Below, in pieces: positions 21,082-30,859 of a stretch of DNA of 64,000 nucleotides. The notes under the pieces are model-generated. The model made no database searches, was not told the DNA's origin, and worked only from the letters and a program-made list of their open reading frames with translations. Source of the stretch: an uncultured Fibrobacterota bacterium (GTDB lineage: Bacteria > Fibrobacterota > Chitinivibrionia > Chitinivibrionales > CAYFVL01). The DNA is taken from assembly GCA_964419255.1 (NCBI GenBank), contig CAYQOU010000002.1, forward strand, positions 44,892-108,891, given 5' to 3'. Made by a program: the position numbers and the translations under genes. The stretch's first letter is position 1. Every line of letters begins with the position of its first letter.

Positions 21082-21097
21082 ATCTAAAAGCTCACAG

Positions 21098-21940
21098 TTA
21101 TTTTACCGATCCAGAGGTCATACCGGCAACCATGTATTTCTGCACAAAAAGCGAGAACACTATCACCGGAACACTTAAACACACAGAGATGGTTGCAAGA
21201 AGGTTTTGAGGAGGGGCAAAGGCAATCTTTTGGTTCAAATACAGAGTCAGAGTAGAAATTCTGCCCAGTCCTAAAAGGAAATATGCAAATATAAACTCAT
21301 CCCAGGACAATAAAAACGTATAAATTGCCGCTGCGACCAGCCCCGGGATACATAAAGGAAGCAGGATTCGAAAAAAGATCTGAAAGGATCGTGCCCCCAG
21401 AATCTTCGCCTGCTCTTCAATATCCTTTGGAATCGTTTCAAAGGCACTCACACCGATAAAAATAACGTATGGTAGCGCCAACAATGTGTGCGCAAGTATA
21501 ACCCCCCAGTAGGTATTATGCGCGTTAAACCGAATAAAAAATTCTGTCACTGGGATAACAGAAGATATGTCCGGGAATAACCGTATCGAAATTAGTCCAA
21601 GAAGAAAAATTTTCCTTCCCGGTACCCGATTGCGACCAAGCACATACGCTGCCGGCACCCCCATAAGAAGCGAGAGGCCCACCGTGGACAGTGCAATTAT
21701 CAGGCTGTTTACGACTACCATAAAAAATTCATTATCCCTGAACAGGTAGGTGAAATTTCTGAATGTTGGCTCATCAGGCCATAGCGGTATCGGTTTGCCC
21801 CCAGTGTTTATGCTTGCCACATCACTGATCGAATACTTGAAAAGCAGGTATAAGGGGGCGACAACCAACAGTATGGCAAAAACAATGCACATCGCAAGCA
21901 CTATCTTTTTTCCGCGGCTGCGAACGTTTCTTTTCTCCAC
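21098..21940 (-). CDS. Carbohydrate ABC transporter permease (MalG-like)
   Basis: EAA loop IPKDIEEQAKILGA, FLLSWDEF, GMTSGSVK. Confidence 0.93.
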   Translation of the reverse strand: MEKRNVRSRGKKIVLAMCIVFAILLVVAPLYLLFKYSISDVASINTGGKPIPLWPDEPTFRNFTYLFRDNEFFMVVVNSLIIALSTVGLSLLMGVPAAYVLGRNRVPGRKIFLLGLISIRLFPDISSVIPVTEFFIRFNAHNTYWGVILAHTLLALPYVIFIGVSAFETIPKDIEEQAKILGARSFQIFFRILLPLCIPGLVAAAIYTFLLSWDEFIFAYFLLGLGRISTLTLYLNQKIAFAPPQNLLATISVCLSVPVIVFSLFVQKYMVAGMTSGSVK

Positions 21941-21949
21941 AATAACCCC

Positions 21950-22849
21950 CTAATTCCTCACCAGAAACCTGCGCAATATTTCCAACAAATAGAAGAGCAG
22001 GAGCGCAGACAAGATTATGCAAACCACAAGAACAAGGGCGACAACTGCAGCTTCATGAGCCTGCCCCCAATCATTGTACAGTGATTCGATGAGAGTGCCC
22101 AGCAAATCATATTGCCCCGCCAGAATAAAGGGGAAAATAAACTCTTTCCACATCTCGATGGAACGCAGAAGCATGACAGCAGATATGGACGGAAATATCA
22201 GAGGGAAAACCACTTTCCATAAACGCTGAGCAATACTGGCCCCCATATTTTTGGCAGCATCAATGATTTCCGGATCAATTGAGTTTAGCCCCGAAAGGAG
22301 AATAAGCATACTTATTGGCATGTCTCGCCACGCCTTTCCGAGCAGGGAAATTCCTAATGAAAAGAATTTTGCCCCCCTCCAGTCTATCGGAACATCAATT
22401 ATTGGCGGCATTATGGCATATTTACCCATTAGCAGATGGTTGATATGCCCCCCCGGATAATCAAAAAGAATGAATATTAGAGTCGCAGTCACCAGTGCAG
22501 GAATAGCCAATGGTATGATTAATATTGCTCGAAGGAGCCCTTTGAACTTAAAGGAATTATAAACCAGCAAGGCTAGCACTAAACCAACCACCAACTCAAG
22601 AGGTGTACCCACCAGAACAAATAACATCGTATTTGTCAGTGCCGCCCTAAATTCTTTTGCCGCAAGAACAGCCATTACAGGCTCGAGTGAGGGGAAAATT
22701 TCGTTCCCGCTACTCTCAACCACCGAAAAGCTCATTCCCAGAAGATAGGTCAGAACTACAAGTAAAAAACCCAGAAGATATATGGCCGCCGGAATCAGCG
22801 GCCAGTTCTTCTGGATTTGTTTTATCGCTTGATGAACAGATTTGTGCAT
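21950..22849 (-). CDS. Carbohydrate ABC transporter permease (MalF-like)
   Basis: WRDMP, GLNSIDPEIIDAAKNMGA EAA loop, multiple TM helices. Confidence 0.92.
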   Translation of the reverse strand: MHKSVHQAIKQIQKNWPLIPAAIYLLGFLLVVLTYLLGMSFSVVESSGNEIFPSLEPVMAVLAAKEFRAALTNTMLFVLVGTPLELVVGLVLALLVYNSFKFKGLLRAILIIPLAIPALVTATLIFILFDYPGGHINHLLMGKYAIMPPIIDVPIDWRGAKFFSLGISLLGKAWRDMPISMLILLSGLNSIDPEIIDAAKNMGASIAQRLWKVVFPLIFPSISAVMLLRSIEMWKEFIFPFILAGQYDLLGTLIESLYNDWGQAHEAAVVALVLVVCIILSALLLFYLLEILRRFLVRN

Positions 22850-22854
22850 AGATA

Positions 22855-24354
22855 CTATTCAGGATATTCTTCGCCCAGAAGCTCTTGCTGCTTAGGCAAA
22901 AAGTCACTTCCCAGACGCATTTTCATTGTGGCAAGGTCCATTTTCCCATCTGAATTCTCGTCATACTCAACGCACAGTTTATACCAGGCTTCCACATAAT
23001 TTTTGGCAACTTCTGCATACTGTTTGACAAGAGGTATCGTTGCGAGCTGTTCCTGATCCATATGCATGTTTATCTGTTCAACAGACACTTTAAAAATGTC
23101 GCCAACCCATCCTTCATCGAAAACAGCAGGAAGGTTGTTCAGAATATCTTTACGTACAGGAATCATTCCGAACTTTGATATTTCTTCGGCCTGATTCTGT
23201 TTATTGGTGATAAAACGTGCAAACTTATACGCAAGTTCGGGTTCCGGACTCGTTTTGGGTATTCCCCACCACCACCCACCTGTGGTGATGATGCGATTTC
23301 CTTCATATATAGGCCTGCCCTTACTATCAAGAGTAAATGAAACCGCCTGGGGCATTATACTCAATCCCATGTCATCAACATCAGGTAAGTAGGTCGGCAT
23401 ACCGGGATCGTCATCCCAACCATGAACAAGGAAACAGTCAATCTGCTGAAGATATGCCAGGTAGACTTTACCATCCTTTATGCCATTGTAAATATTGGAT
23501 CCCGTCCACGGATCCTGCCACATACCTTTATTGTATAGTCCATTTTTTATCATCACATTTTCCCAGAGAAACATCTCTGCCGGCAGATCCGATGTCATGC
23601 GAAGAATATCGTCGGATTTTGCGCCCAATTGCATCGCGCGATCAACCAAATACAATGCCGTCCCTTCGTAGCGTGCCCCACGATGAGCCAGACGTCCGGT
23701 TTTTATTCCATTATACTCTTCATTTTTCCAGATTGCCCCAATGACATACAGATCGTAAAAATCCCATTCGTTAGGATCGCCTTCAAGCTCATACCCGGCC
23801 GGCAGTCCGTATCCATTTGCCCCTTGGAGTTCTTGGTTAATCTGGCTCTTGTATTTGTCGAACTTCTCAACAGCCTCCGCGACCTTGGATTTGCGATAAA
23901 ACATTATCCGCGTCTCAAGTTTTCGGGGCAGATAATACACTTCGTCATCGATGACACCCAGACCGGCTGCCAATGGATGATATTCGGCAAGATCCTGAGC
24001 TGCCTGCGCCGAATCGACAACCTGGCGCAAAGGCATCATGTACCCGTTTCCCGCCAAAACGCGGGTCATCTCAAATGGAGTCTTGATAAGAGAAATTTCC
24101 GGATTCTTCTTCCCGGACTCAAGCTTAAGCATCCGTTCGATGTCCCACTGATTATTAAACGTGGCGATATTAATCTTACAATCATTCTGTTTCTCAAACT
24201 TCTGAATAATCTTCTCACGGAAATGTCGCTGTTGAGCCGGCATCATACGCAAGAGAACCGTCAATTCTTTTTTGCCCCCTTTGGGTGCACATCCGGCCAA
24301 AATCGCTAACATCACTGCGATAACAGCAATGTGAAATTTATGCGAAAAACTCAT
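22855..24354 (-). CDS. Solute-binding lipoprotein of the sugar ABC importer
   Basis: Lipobox LAGC; KFEKQ, YYLP, GGWWWGIPKTS..PELAYKF (SBP family 1). Confidence 0.88.
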   Translation of the reverse strand: MSFSHKFHIAVIAVMLAILAGCAPKGGKKELTVLLRMMPAQQRHFREKIIQKFEKQNDCKINIATFNNQWDIERMLKLESGKKNPEISLIKTPFEMTRVLAGNGYMMPLRQVVDSAQAAQDLAEYHPLAAGLGVIDDEVYYLPRKLETRIMFYRKSKVAEAVEKFDKYKSQINQELQGANGYGLPAGYELEGDPNEWDFYDLYVIGAIWKNEEYNGIKTGRLAHRGARYEGTALYLVDRAMQLGAKSDDILRMTSDLPAEMFLWENVMIKNGLYNKGMWQDPWTGSNIYNGIKDGKVYLAYLQQIDCFLVHGWDDDPGMPTYLPDVDDMGLSIMPQAVSFTLDSKGRPIYEGNRIITTGGWWWGIPKTSPEPELAYKFARFITNKQNQAEEISKFGMIPVRKDILNNLPAVFDEGWVGDIFKVSVEQINMHMDQEQLATIPLVKQYAEVAKNYVEAWYKLCVEYDENSDGKMDLATMKMRLGSDFLPKQQELLGEEYPE

Positions 24355-24380
24355 AAAACCTCCTCAAGGAAATGAAAAAA

Positions 24381-27300
24381 TTAACTGCCCACAACCATAT
24401 CTTGCTTTAGTTTTCCTGTTAATGTGGTATGCAATAAGGCAACTTCCTCACCACTCTGGCGAAGCTTATTGCTGAATATCTCAAGGAAATTATAGGCAAT
24501 TTCCGGAATATCCATCAGCAACGTCTTTAATGAACTACGTTTTATGACATACACCTCACAATTCTCATTTGCTATTGCAGTTGCAGATCGAGGAGATTCA
24601 TTGAACAGGCCAATTTCTCCATAAGCCTCTCCTACCCGTATGATAGACAGTATAGTTCGAACCCCATTTTTCGCCTTAAAAATCTTGAGGCTTCCACTTC
24701 TAACAATATAAAGATGATCCGATATTTCTCCTTCTTTTGATACTATCGTCTCACGCGGGTAATTTACCAGTTCGGAGATCTCGGCCAGCCCCATTAGTTT
24801 CTCGGCCTGTACGTTACGAAACAGTATCGTTTTTTTGAAAAAAAGAACCGTATCGAGAAGTCTTAATGTTTCCATCTTTTTGTTCGTTTCTTCGAGTGAA
24901 TTTTCTATAATCTCCTCTGCAGCACGAGCTAAGTAGACATAAGGATCTGTTCGCAATGAAATCAGATAATCCTTCTGCGAATTGAGGAGCGCGTCGCTAT
25001 TCTTTTCCATACAAACACAGTACAGGGCACAGAGAGATATCCACTTGTTACGCGAACGGACAAAATAGTGAAGATCTGCATTCTCCGGCTCCTTGAAATG
25101 AAAATATTGTTTGGCATTTTTGCCGATCAATGCCCATGAACGAAATTCCAATATATGATAAATCAACGTCTTTAACCTGCTGTTTGGATATCTCCCCACA
25201 ATCTCAGCCAAATCGTGACGTTGTGAAGTGTCATTTAAATTTATATCCTTTTGCATTCGAGATACAACATCATCTTTTTCGATTAGTACCAATGTATTCA
25301 CCGCCCACTCGCAAACTCTAAAAATCTGTTCATGCAGGGCATCATCAAGAATGTCCCAGTGCGCATTCCTGTTTTTTTTCCTGTTCAACAGATACCACAT
25401 GTACCCATCCAGATACACCCCTTTAAGCTCATCGATGATCCAATACTCCAGACGCTGCTTTGCCGCATCATCCAAGTTAAACAGTTTCCTTGCTCCCTGC
25501 TTCTCCTCTAAAATTTTCTTCAGGACAGTTACAATCTCAAATAGCATCCGCCTGTTTTCAGCCAATTTTATGTATGCAACTAAAGTATGAATCAATGGAA
25601 TGCCCACAGTTTGGGCTACTTTCCCACAAATAGCGATATGATGTCGAGATAAGGTTTCAACTAATCCGAACATCTTTAACTGAGTAGCCGAAGATGAGGA
25701 TCGCAGGATGACTTCGACACTTTTTTTATATATCTGTGGAGAGGTGGATCTCAAATGATGGAGAATTTTCTGTTCCCATCTATCCGGCTGCAAAGTGCCG
25801 AGCAGATAAATACCGGCGGATCGCTTGTTTGTATTTCTGGATGAAAGCAAGCTTTCCAAATATCCAATAACAGTATACCGTTCCCTGTCATCCTGAGTAA
25901 GCCACAAATATTGTGCGGCTTCGATTTGAACTCTCATGGACGGTTCGAAAAGAAGTTCTTTAATTCGGTTTCGCAGCTGCCATTTCCAATGACAGTTCAT
26001 ATTATTAAGTGAATATATGGCATTAGCCCGAATCCGTGGCTCAGAACTATCGAGCAGGAGTTTTATAAAACCTTTGGTTTCATACCAGTAAAAGTTCTTC
26101 AGACACCTGGCGACGCTCTCTTTTACACTGAGCTCTTTTTCCTCATGATATATATCCACCATTATTCTCAAAGCCTGTCGTGTACCAAGGCTGCTTAATA
26201 TTTTTACAGCCAGGCCTCGAAGATCGGCATCTGGTGATTGAGAATACTCCCGCAATATCGACAACATCTTTTGATCGTACTGACTTCCGATTTTTGCTAT
26301 AATATCACTGATGTTGGAGTTGCCGGAAAAGGCTGGTACCAGACCTTGCATGTATGTCTTTCGTATCTTTGCTACCACAACTATCATACATGCCGCATCA
26401 ATAGCTATTATCATAAGTATTATCCAGGTATGCTGGCTTGCCACCATTAAAAACAGAGCTGTCAGAATAATGGCGGAGGGCTTTATTATACCTTCCAGAA
26501 ATGTCTTTGCCCGCCCTCTTTTTTCCCTTGATATGGCGGCAAAAAACATTTGATATACAGGCGAGAATGCATTTTCAAATACTACATGACGGGCAAACTG
26601 AAGAGCCACAAATCCAGCAAAAATAACTTGTAGTCTATTTACGGCTACCTGCTGTATGCCCAGAAGAATAATTGTACCTGAAAATAGGACAACCGGAAGA
26701 ATAAAAAATATTTTGGTGAAGCCGACCTTGCTTATAAGTCCCGGCATTACAAACCATAACCCAAGAATTGTAATTATTCCGTGAGTCAAGTAAAAATTGA
26801 ACTGAAAGGATGCTAGAGATTCTGGTAGAGGAAACCAGACATGGCATTTGTGCCAGAAGAGAAAATCCAACGCAAAAATGGCCAAAAATACAAGAAAGTA
26901 TAATGCAGATATCAGCTTGACCAGATTAATCGAGAGTACATCTTCAACCTCCCTGAGGATACCTCTTCGATTTGATTGATGTCGTATCCTTTCTTTTTTC
27001 AATAACTTGGTACTGTATCGGGTATGGGTATATCTTGATATCAGAAATGCAACCAGGTAGCATGCGGCCCATAGAAGAATCACCGCTTCCGTTTGTATAA
27101 TATCAAGGATAAATCCGCCAATCAACGCACCACTTAAACCACCAAGAAACCCCCAAGCCGCGATTTTGGGAAATTCCCTTTTAGCTTCACCGGTTTTATA
27201 TATATCATTGGCTAGTGTCCAGAAAGTAAGGAACATGACAGTTTTTGACAGATATGATACCGGATATATGGCCCAGAGTAGCAGATGTGGTATTTCGGTA

Positions 27301-27593
27301 TCGGACATGCCACTGATTTGCACTGTACCCAGAAATATGAGTATAAAGACGGTGGTTATGAAAAGGAGTGTGGAGAGAAGTTTAGCCCGGTTTACCTTGT
27401 CTATATTCTTGAAAAAAAAGGCAGGAAGCAGAAAGAGAAGAAGTCCGTTTACCAGATACAACTTGCTTAGGATTTGAGATCCGGCGACACTTACTACAAT
27501 AGACAGCGCCGCGGTTTCACCGACGATTGCTCCGGCAAATATAAATATAAACAGCGAAGCAAAAAGTCGTATGGGGGGAGAGGATCTGTTCAT
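24381..27593 (-). CDS. NTT(Npt1/2)-like MFS membrane domain + HEAT repeats + cyclic-nucleotide-binding domain
   Basis: ~11-12 TM N-terminus with FWTLANDIY...EAKREF and RGRAKTFLEG motifs; HEAT-like EPRIRANAI repeats; C-terminal cNMP domain GEAYGEIGLF...PRSATA. Confidence 0.85.
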   Translation of the reverse strand: MNRSSPPIRLFASLFIFIFAGAIVGETAALSIVVSVAGSQILSKLYLVNGLLLFLLPAFFFKNIDKVNRAKLLSTLLFITTVFILIFLGTVQISGMSDTEIPHLLLWAIYPVSYLSKTVMFLTFWTLANDIYKTGEAKREFPKIAAWGFLGGLSGALIGGFILDIIQTEAVILLWAACYLVAFLISRYTHTRYSTKLLKKERIRHQSNRRGILREVEDVLSINLVKLISALYFLVFLAIFALDFLFWHKCHVWFPLPESLASFQFNFYLTHGIITILGLWFVMPGLISKVGFTKIFFILPVVLFSGTIILLGIQQVAVNRLQVIFAGFVALQFARHVVFENAFSPVYQMFFAAISREKRGRAKTFLEGIIKPSAIILTALFLMVASQHTWIILMIIAIDAACMIVVVAKIRKTYMQGLVPAFSGNSNISDIIAKIGSQYDQKMLSILREYSQSPDADLRGLAVKILSSLGTRQALRIMVDIYHEEKELSVKESVARCLKNFYWYETKGFIKLLLDSSEPRIRANAIYSLNNMNCHWKWQLRNRIKELLFEPSMRVQIEAAQYLWLTQDDRERYTVIGYLESLLSSRNTNKRSAGIYLLGTLQPDRWEQKILHHLRSTSPQIYKKSVEVILRSSSSATQLKMFGLVETLSRHHIAICGKVAQTVGIPLIHTLVAYIKLAENRRMLFEIVTVLKKILEEKQGARKLFNLDDAAKQRLEYWIIDELKGVYLDGYMWYLLNRKKNRNAHWDILDDALHEQIFRVCEWAVNTLVLIEKDDVVSRMQKDINLNDTSQRHDLAEIVGRYPNSRLKTLIYHILEFRSWALIGKNAKQYFHFKEPENADLHYFVRSRNKWISLCALYCVCMEKNSDALLNSQKDYLISLRTDPYVYLARAAEEIIENSLEETNKKMETLRLLDTVLFFKKTILFRNVQAEKLMGLAEISELVNYPRETIVSKEGEISDHLYIVRSGSLKIFKAKNGVRTILSIIRVGEAYGEIGLFNESPRSATAIANENCEVYVIKRSSLKTLLMDIPEIAYNFLEIFSNKLRQSGEEVALLHTTLTGKLKQDMVVGS

Positions 27594-27608
27594 GACTAGA
27601 AAATAGTT

Positions 27609-27640
27609 AAAAAAAAGCGGATAGGTAAAAACCTATCCGC
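27609..27640 (-). terminator. Intrinsic terminator after the porin gene
   Basis: Minus strand GCGGATAGGT-TTTT-ACCTATCCGC followed by T8. Confidence 0.85.
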
Positions 27641-27668
27641 AAATCCCGAAAATATTTTTTGGATTACC

Positions 27669-28904
27669 TTAGAAACTATATGTTGCTGAAAAACGCGTAA
27701 ATATGTTGTCCAGGTCATTTCCGGAAAAGAGATTGGTAAAGGTATAAAAAACGTTTTCATTGACGACAGCATCGACTTTGAACCTGTTCTCGATGTTTAT
27801 GCCCATACCAAATCCGATCAGATCATCATCAGAGCCGGTAGATTCAGGGTTCTGGATCCATTGACCATCATCGTTACTGCTTGTCTGGTAAATCAGACTC
27901 TTCGTCCCTCCGATACGCCACACGAGCCAGTCAAAGATAATGTTTCTTTCGAGACCAAAGCTGACACGACCACCGAGTTCCTGTTGATCGATACCTTGAT
28001 CTTCGCGGTAGATTCCCTCTAAAGCGCTCCAGAAGAAACCACGGTCAATATTAAGGTTAATACCTATACCTCCCGCGACATCAATAAGCGTTCTATTCTC
28101 TTCTAAATTGATGACATCAACGCCAAGGTGAGGAACAAAATCCCCGTTTAATGTCGCCAGGGCACTAAACAGCCTGACATCACCGCGAAATGAAATCTGA
28201 TCATCGGAGATGGTCACCGGCTCGGCTTCTCCATCTTCGGCATCCACCACTAATCCTAAACCGGTCAGCTGAGATGTTCCCAAAGATATTTCAAGATTCA
28301 TTGTCTTTGCCACAGGCCAGTTTATGCCCACATTCCCCTGATACAGACGACTCTCGAGAGGCTCGTCAATAGTATCTGCCTCAAATTCCTGAAAGGCAAG
28401 ATACCCGCCGACTCCGATCATCCCTCCGTTTTTTAGTGCATAACCAACCATAAGATCCACTTTTCCAAGCGGCTCCGGTAGTTGGGCATCGGCATATTCA
28501 GGAAAGACTTTTCTGAATCTCTCTGTTTCCGGATTAATATAATCCAGCCTGTCATCATACCTGTTAAACACAGCCCCGATCGATAACATCGGGAATTGTT
28601 CAGCAGCTTCGGTCGTCTGATTTAGGGAGTAAGAGAGGATGCCGCCAAAATAGGGATTGATTGGATTCCATTCTCTGTCGAGATAGTTTTCCTGCGCGAG
28701 AGTATCAGTTGCCCTGTATACTCCAAGATCACCCATTAACATATTGGGAAAGACATTCACATTAGCCGGGTTTCGGAAAATACTGATGTCATCCATGTAG
28801 AAATTGTCTGTTCTTCCCATAGAAATGACGCGAGCTTTGGTTGCAAAGCTCGCGCATATTATTCCTGCAGTTAGAACCAGACATGTCGCTTTTTTCAAAT
28901 ACAT
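27669..28904 (-). CDS. Outer-membrane beta-barrel protein (putative porin)
   Basis: GGAGG RBS, signal peptide, N-terminal SMG...RNPAN hatch-like motif, amphipathic strands, terminal ATYSF. Confidence 0.8.
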   Translation of the reverse strand: MYLKKATCLVLTAGIICASFATKARVISMGRTDNFYMDDISIFRNPANVNVFPNMLMGDLGVYRATDTLAQENYLDREWNPINPYFGGILSYSLNQTTEAAEQFPMLSIGAVFNRYDDRLDYINPETERFRKVFPEYADAQLPEPLGKVDLMVGYALKNGGMIGVGGYLAFQEFEADTIDEPLESRLYQGNVGINWPVAKTMNLEISLGTSQLTGLGLVVDAEDGEAEPVTISDDQISFRGDVRLFSALATLNGDFVPHLGVDVINLEENRTLIDVAGGIGINLNIDRGFFWSALEGIYREDQGIDQQELGGRVSFGLERNIIFDWLVWRIGGTKSLIYQTSSNDDGQWIQNPESTGSDDDLIGFGMGINIENRFKVDAVVNENVFYTFTNLFSGNDLDNIFTRFSATYSF

Positions 28905-28958
28905 ACAAGTCCTCCGTAAGTAAGGCAACGCTTTAGTACTTCGATGTTTTTACCTTGC

Positions 28959-28987
28959 ATTATACTATAGCAGACATATCCCTGCAA
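28959..28987 (-). promoter_or_regulatory. Internal sigma70 promoter for the porin gene
   Basis: Minus strand TTGCAG-17bp-TATAAT. Confidence 0.65.
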
Positions 28988-28994
28988 GTATTTA

Positions 28995-30350
28995 TTACTG
29001 AGAAAAGACAAACGGATACACAACTTCAGTCACATCACCGGGCTTGTCGATTTTCTCAAAAACCCACCGTTTAACTCTGCTTACCACAAGGTTTTCGAAA
29101 GTTGGATCTCCCATGGTAGAGTTAACGACGTTGCAGAAAATAACCTTTCCAAACTCATCGATAGCGAATTTGACGGTTACCTTTCCTTTCAGTCCGGGTT
29201 TTTCACGCAGGCGTTTGTTATATGCATACCTGAGAGCAGCCAGATTCTGCATTACAACCCTCATGATGCTTGCCCTGCTCCGTCCGCCTGTTAGTGCGCC
29301 ACCTTTGACGAAATTAGGCTTGGACACTTTGAGCTCGCCACGTTTCTTGAGGTTCAGATTACCACCACCATCACCTCCCATGAGGCTTCCCAGCAGATCA
29401 TCAACACCACCTGATCCACCACCGAAACCACTACCGTAGCCGGCGCCGTATCCAATACCGGCTTCACCTTTACGTCCGGTACCACCGCCGCCACCTGATT
29501 TCAATCCACCGACACCAGATAGTACAGCGTCAATTCCACTTGCAAATCCGCCTTTACCAAAGATATCTGCAGATGCGACCGACTTTCCTTTGACAGCTCC
29601 TGAAACGATACCAAGAACACCTTTTCGTGTTACGCGTGCCCGCGGATCACCACCACCACCGGTTCTACCACCTGCACCCTTTTTCTTGGTAGGTTTGAGC
29701 TTCTTCTTTTCCGTTTTTATTTCTTCTTCGGGCTTCTTTTCCTCTTCCTTTTCCTTTTCGAGGGTCTCCGGAAGATCTTTAACGATCTTCGCCACACGCT
29801 CTTCAGGCATTTTTTCGAAGAAGTCAGTAGCCACTTCAACAATCTCACGGGTACTCATCCATGCGCCAAAAGCAAGACCGAGGATCAAACAGATAACTTC
29901 AAGGTTACGAAGTCGTGAGTCCTTTTTGATAACAAAAATATCACCACGTTCCTTCATCTTTTGGGCGTATTCTTCATCTGATAAAACGCGCCCATCCTCT
30001 TCTTCTTCCTCCTCATCATCCAACCTGTCTTGACTGGCAGAAGCCTCCTGCGGTTTTGAAACAGGAGCCGCAGGCCTTGAAGGCCGCCTGCTCTGAGTCG
30101 GCGCAGCGGCATGCTCTGATGCCGCCGGCTGTAGACTCACAAGCTCTATCACCGCTCCGACAGCCTCGAACTGGCTCTTCAGCGCGAGAGCTTCGCCTTC
30201 TTCTGCCTCTTTTCGGATACAGACAGATTTTCTGGTCAATGCATTGAGGACAGCATCCGTGCGATTTCCAGACCAGCGCGCGATTTCCTCCGCAATTGGA
30301 GTAGCCTGACGCGGATCAGGACACCTTTTAATAAGCACTTTATATTTCAC
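28995..30350 (-). CDS. TonB-like energy transducer with AgmX/PglI(GltG)-type C-terminal domain
   Basis: Cytoplasmic N-domain, one TM helix, K/E-rich then Gly-rich linker, C-terminal GRSRASIMRVV...YNKRLREKPGLKGKVTVKF...YPFVF. Confidence 0.85.
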   Translation of the reverse strand: MKYKVLIKRCPDPRQATPIAEEIARWSGNRTDAVLNALTRKSVCIRKEAEEGEALALKSQFEAVGAVIELVSLQPAASEHAAAPTQSRRPSRPAAPVSKPQEASASQDRLDDEEEEEEDGRVLSDEEYAQKMKERGDIFVIKKDSRLRNLEVICLILGLAFGAWMSTREIVEVATDFFEKMPEERVAKIVKDLPETLEKEKEEEKKPEEEIKTEKKKLKPTKKKGAGGRTGGGGDPRARVTRKGVLGIVSGAVKGKSVASADIFGKGGFASGIDAVLSGVGGLKSGGGGGTGRKGEAGIGYGAGYGSGFGGGSGGVDDLLGSLMGGDGGGNLNLKKRGELKVSKPNFVKGGALTGGRSRASIMRVVMQNLAALRYAYNKRLREKPGLKGKVTVKFAIDEFGKVIFCNVVNSTMGDPTFENLVVSRVKRWVFEKIDKPGDVTEVVYPFVFSQ

Positions 30351-30352
30351 GG

Positions 30353-30856
30353 TTACCCATCCCTTTCCATGACAGCAAAGTTCATATCGTTGTATCCAAC
30401 TTTACCACAGGTATTCATCACCTTGAATAATACATCGAAGGAGATGTTTTTGTCTACCTGGACGACGACCTTGCCCACCACCTGGTTTAGTGCCCCCATT
30501 TTCACCATTTCTTCCTCCTGAGAATATGCATCAGCCAGACGTTCTTCAAGCTTTGTAGCTATCGGATCGTGCTTGGTCTGCTCGATTCGCGCGATATCTT
30601 CAGTAGGGCAAATCGGCTGGTTATCGACCAGTAACATATCCTGTGTAACAGCAACCTGAAGGTTGACTTCCTGGGGTTTCTTCTTTGAGATCGAGTTCGG
30701 CAGAACAAGATTATCGGCATTCGTCAATACACTTCCATCCGCCGAATAACTCATAAGAAGGAACACCAGAATAATGGTGAACATATCCATCATGGATGTA
30801 ATGTTCAGCCCTTCAGGCCTTTTCTTTTTGGGGGCTCTTCCTCGTTGTTCAGCCAT
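30353..30856 (-). CDS. ExbD/TolR family protein (AglS-like)
   Basis: LNITSMMDMFTIILVFLL TM with Asp24; VQVDKNISF...VMNTC. Confidence 0.9.
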   Translation of the reverse strand: MAEQRGRAPKKKRPEGLNITSMMDMFTIILVFLLMSYSADGSVLTNADNLVLPNSISKKKPQEVNLQVAVTQDMLLVDNQPICPTEDIARIEQTKHDPIATKLEERLADAYSQEEEMVKMGALNQVVGKVVVQVDKNISFDVLFKVMNTCGKVGYNDMNFAVMERDG

Positions 30857-30859
30857 AGA

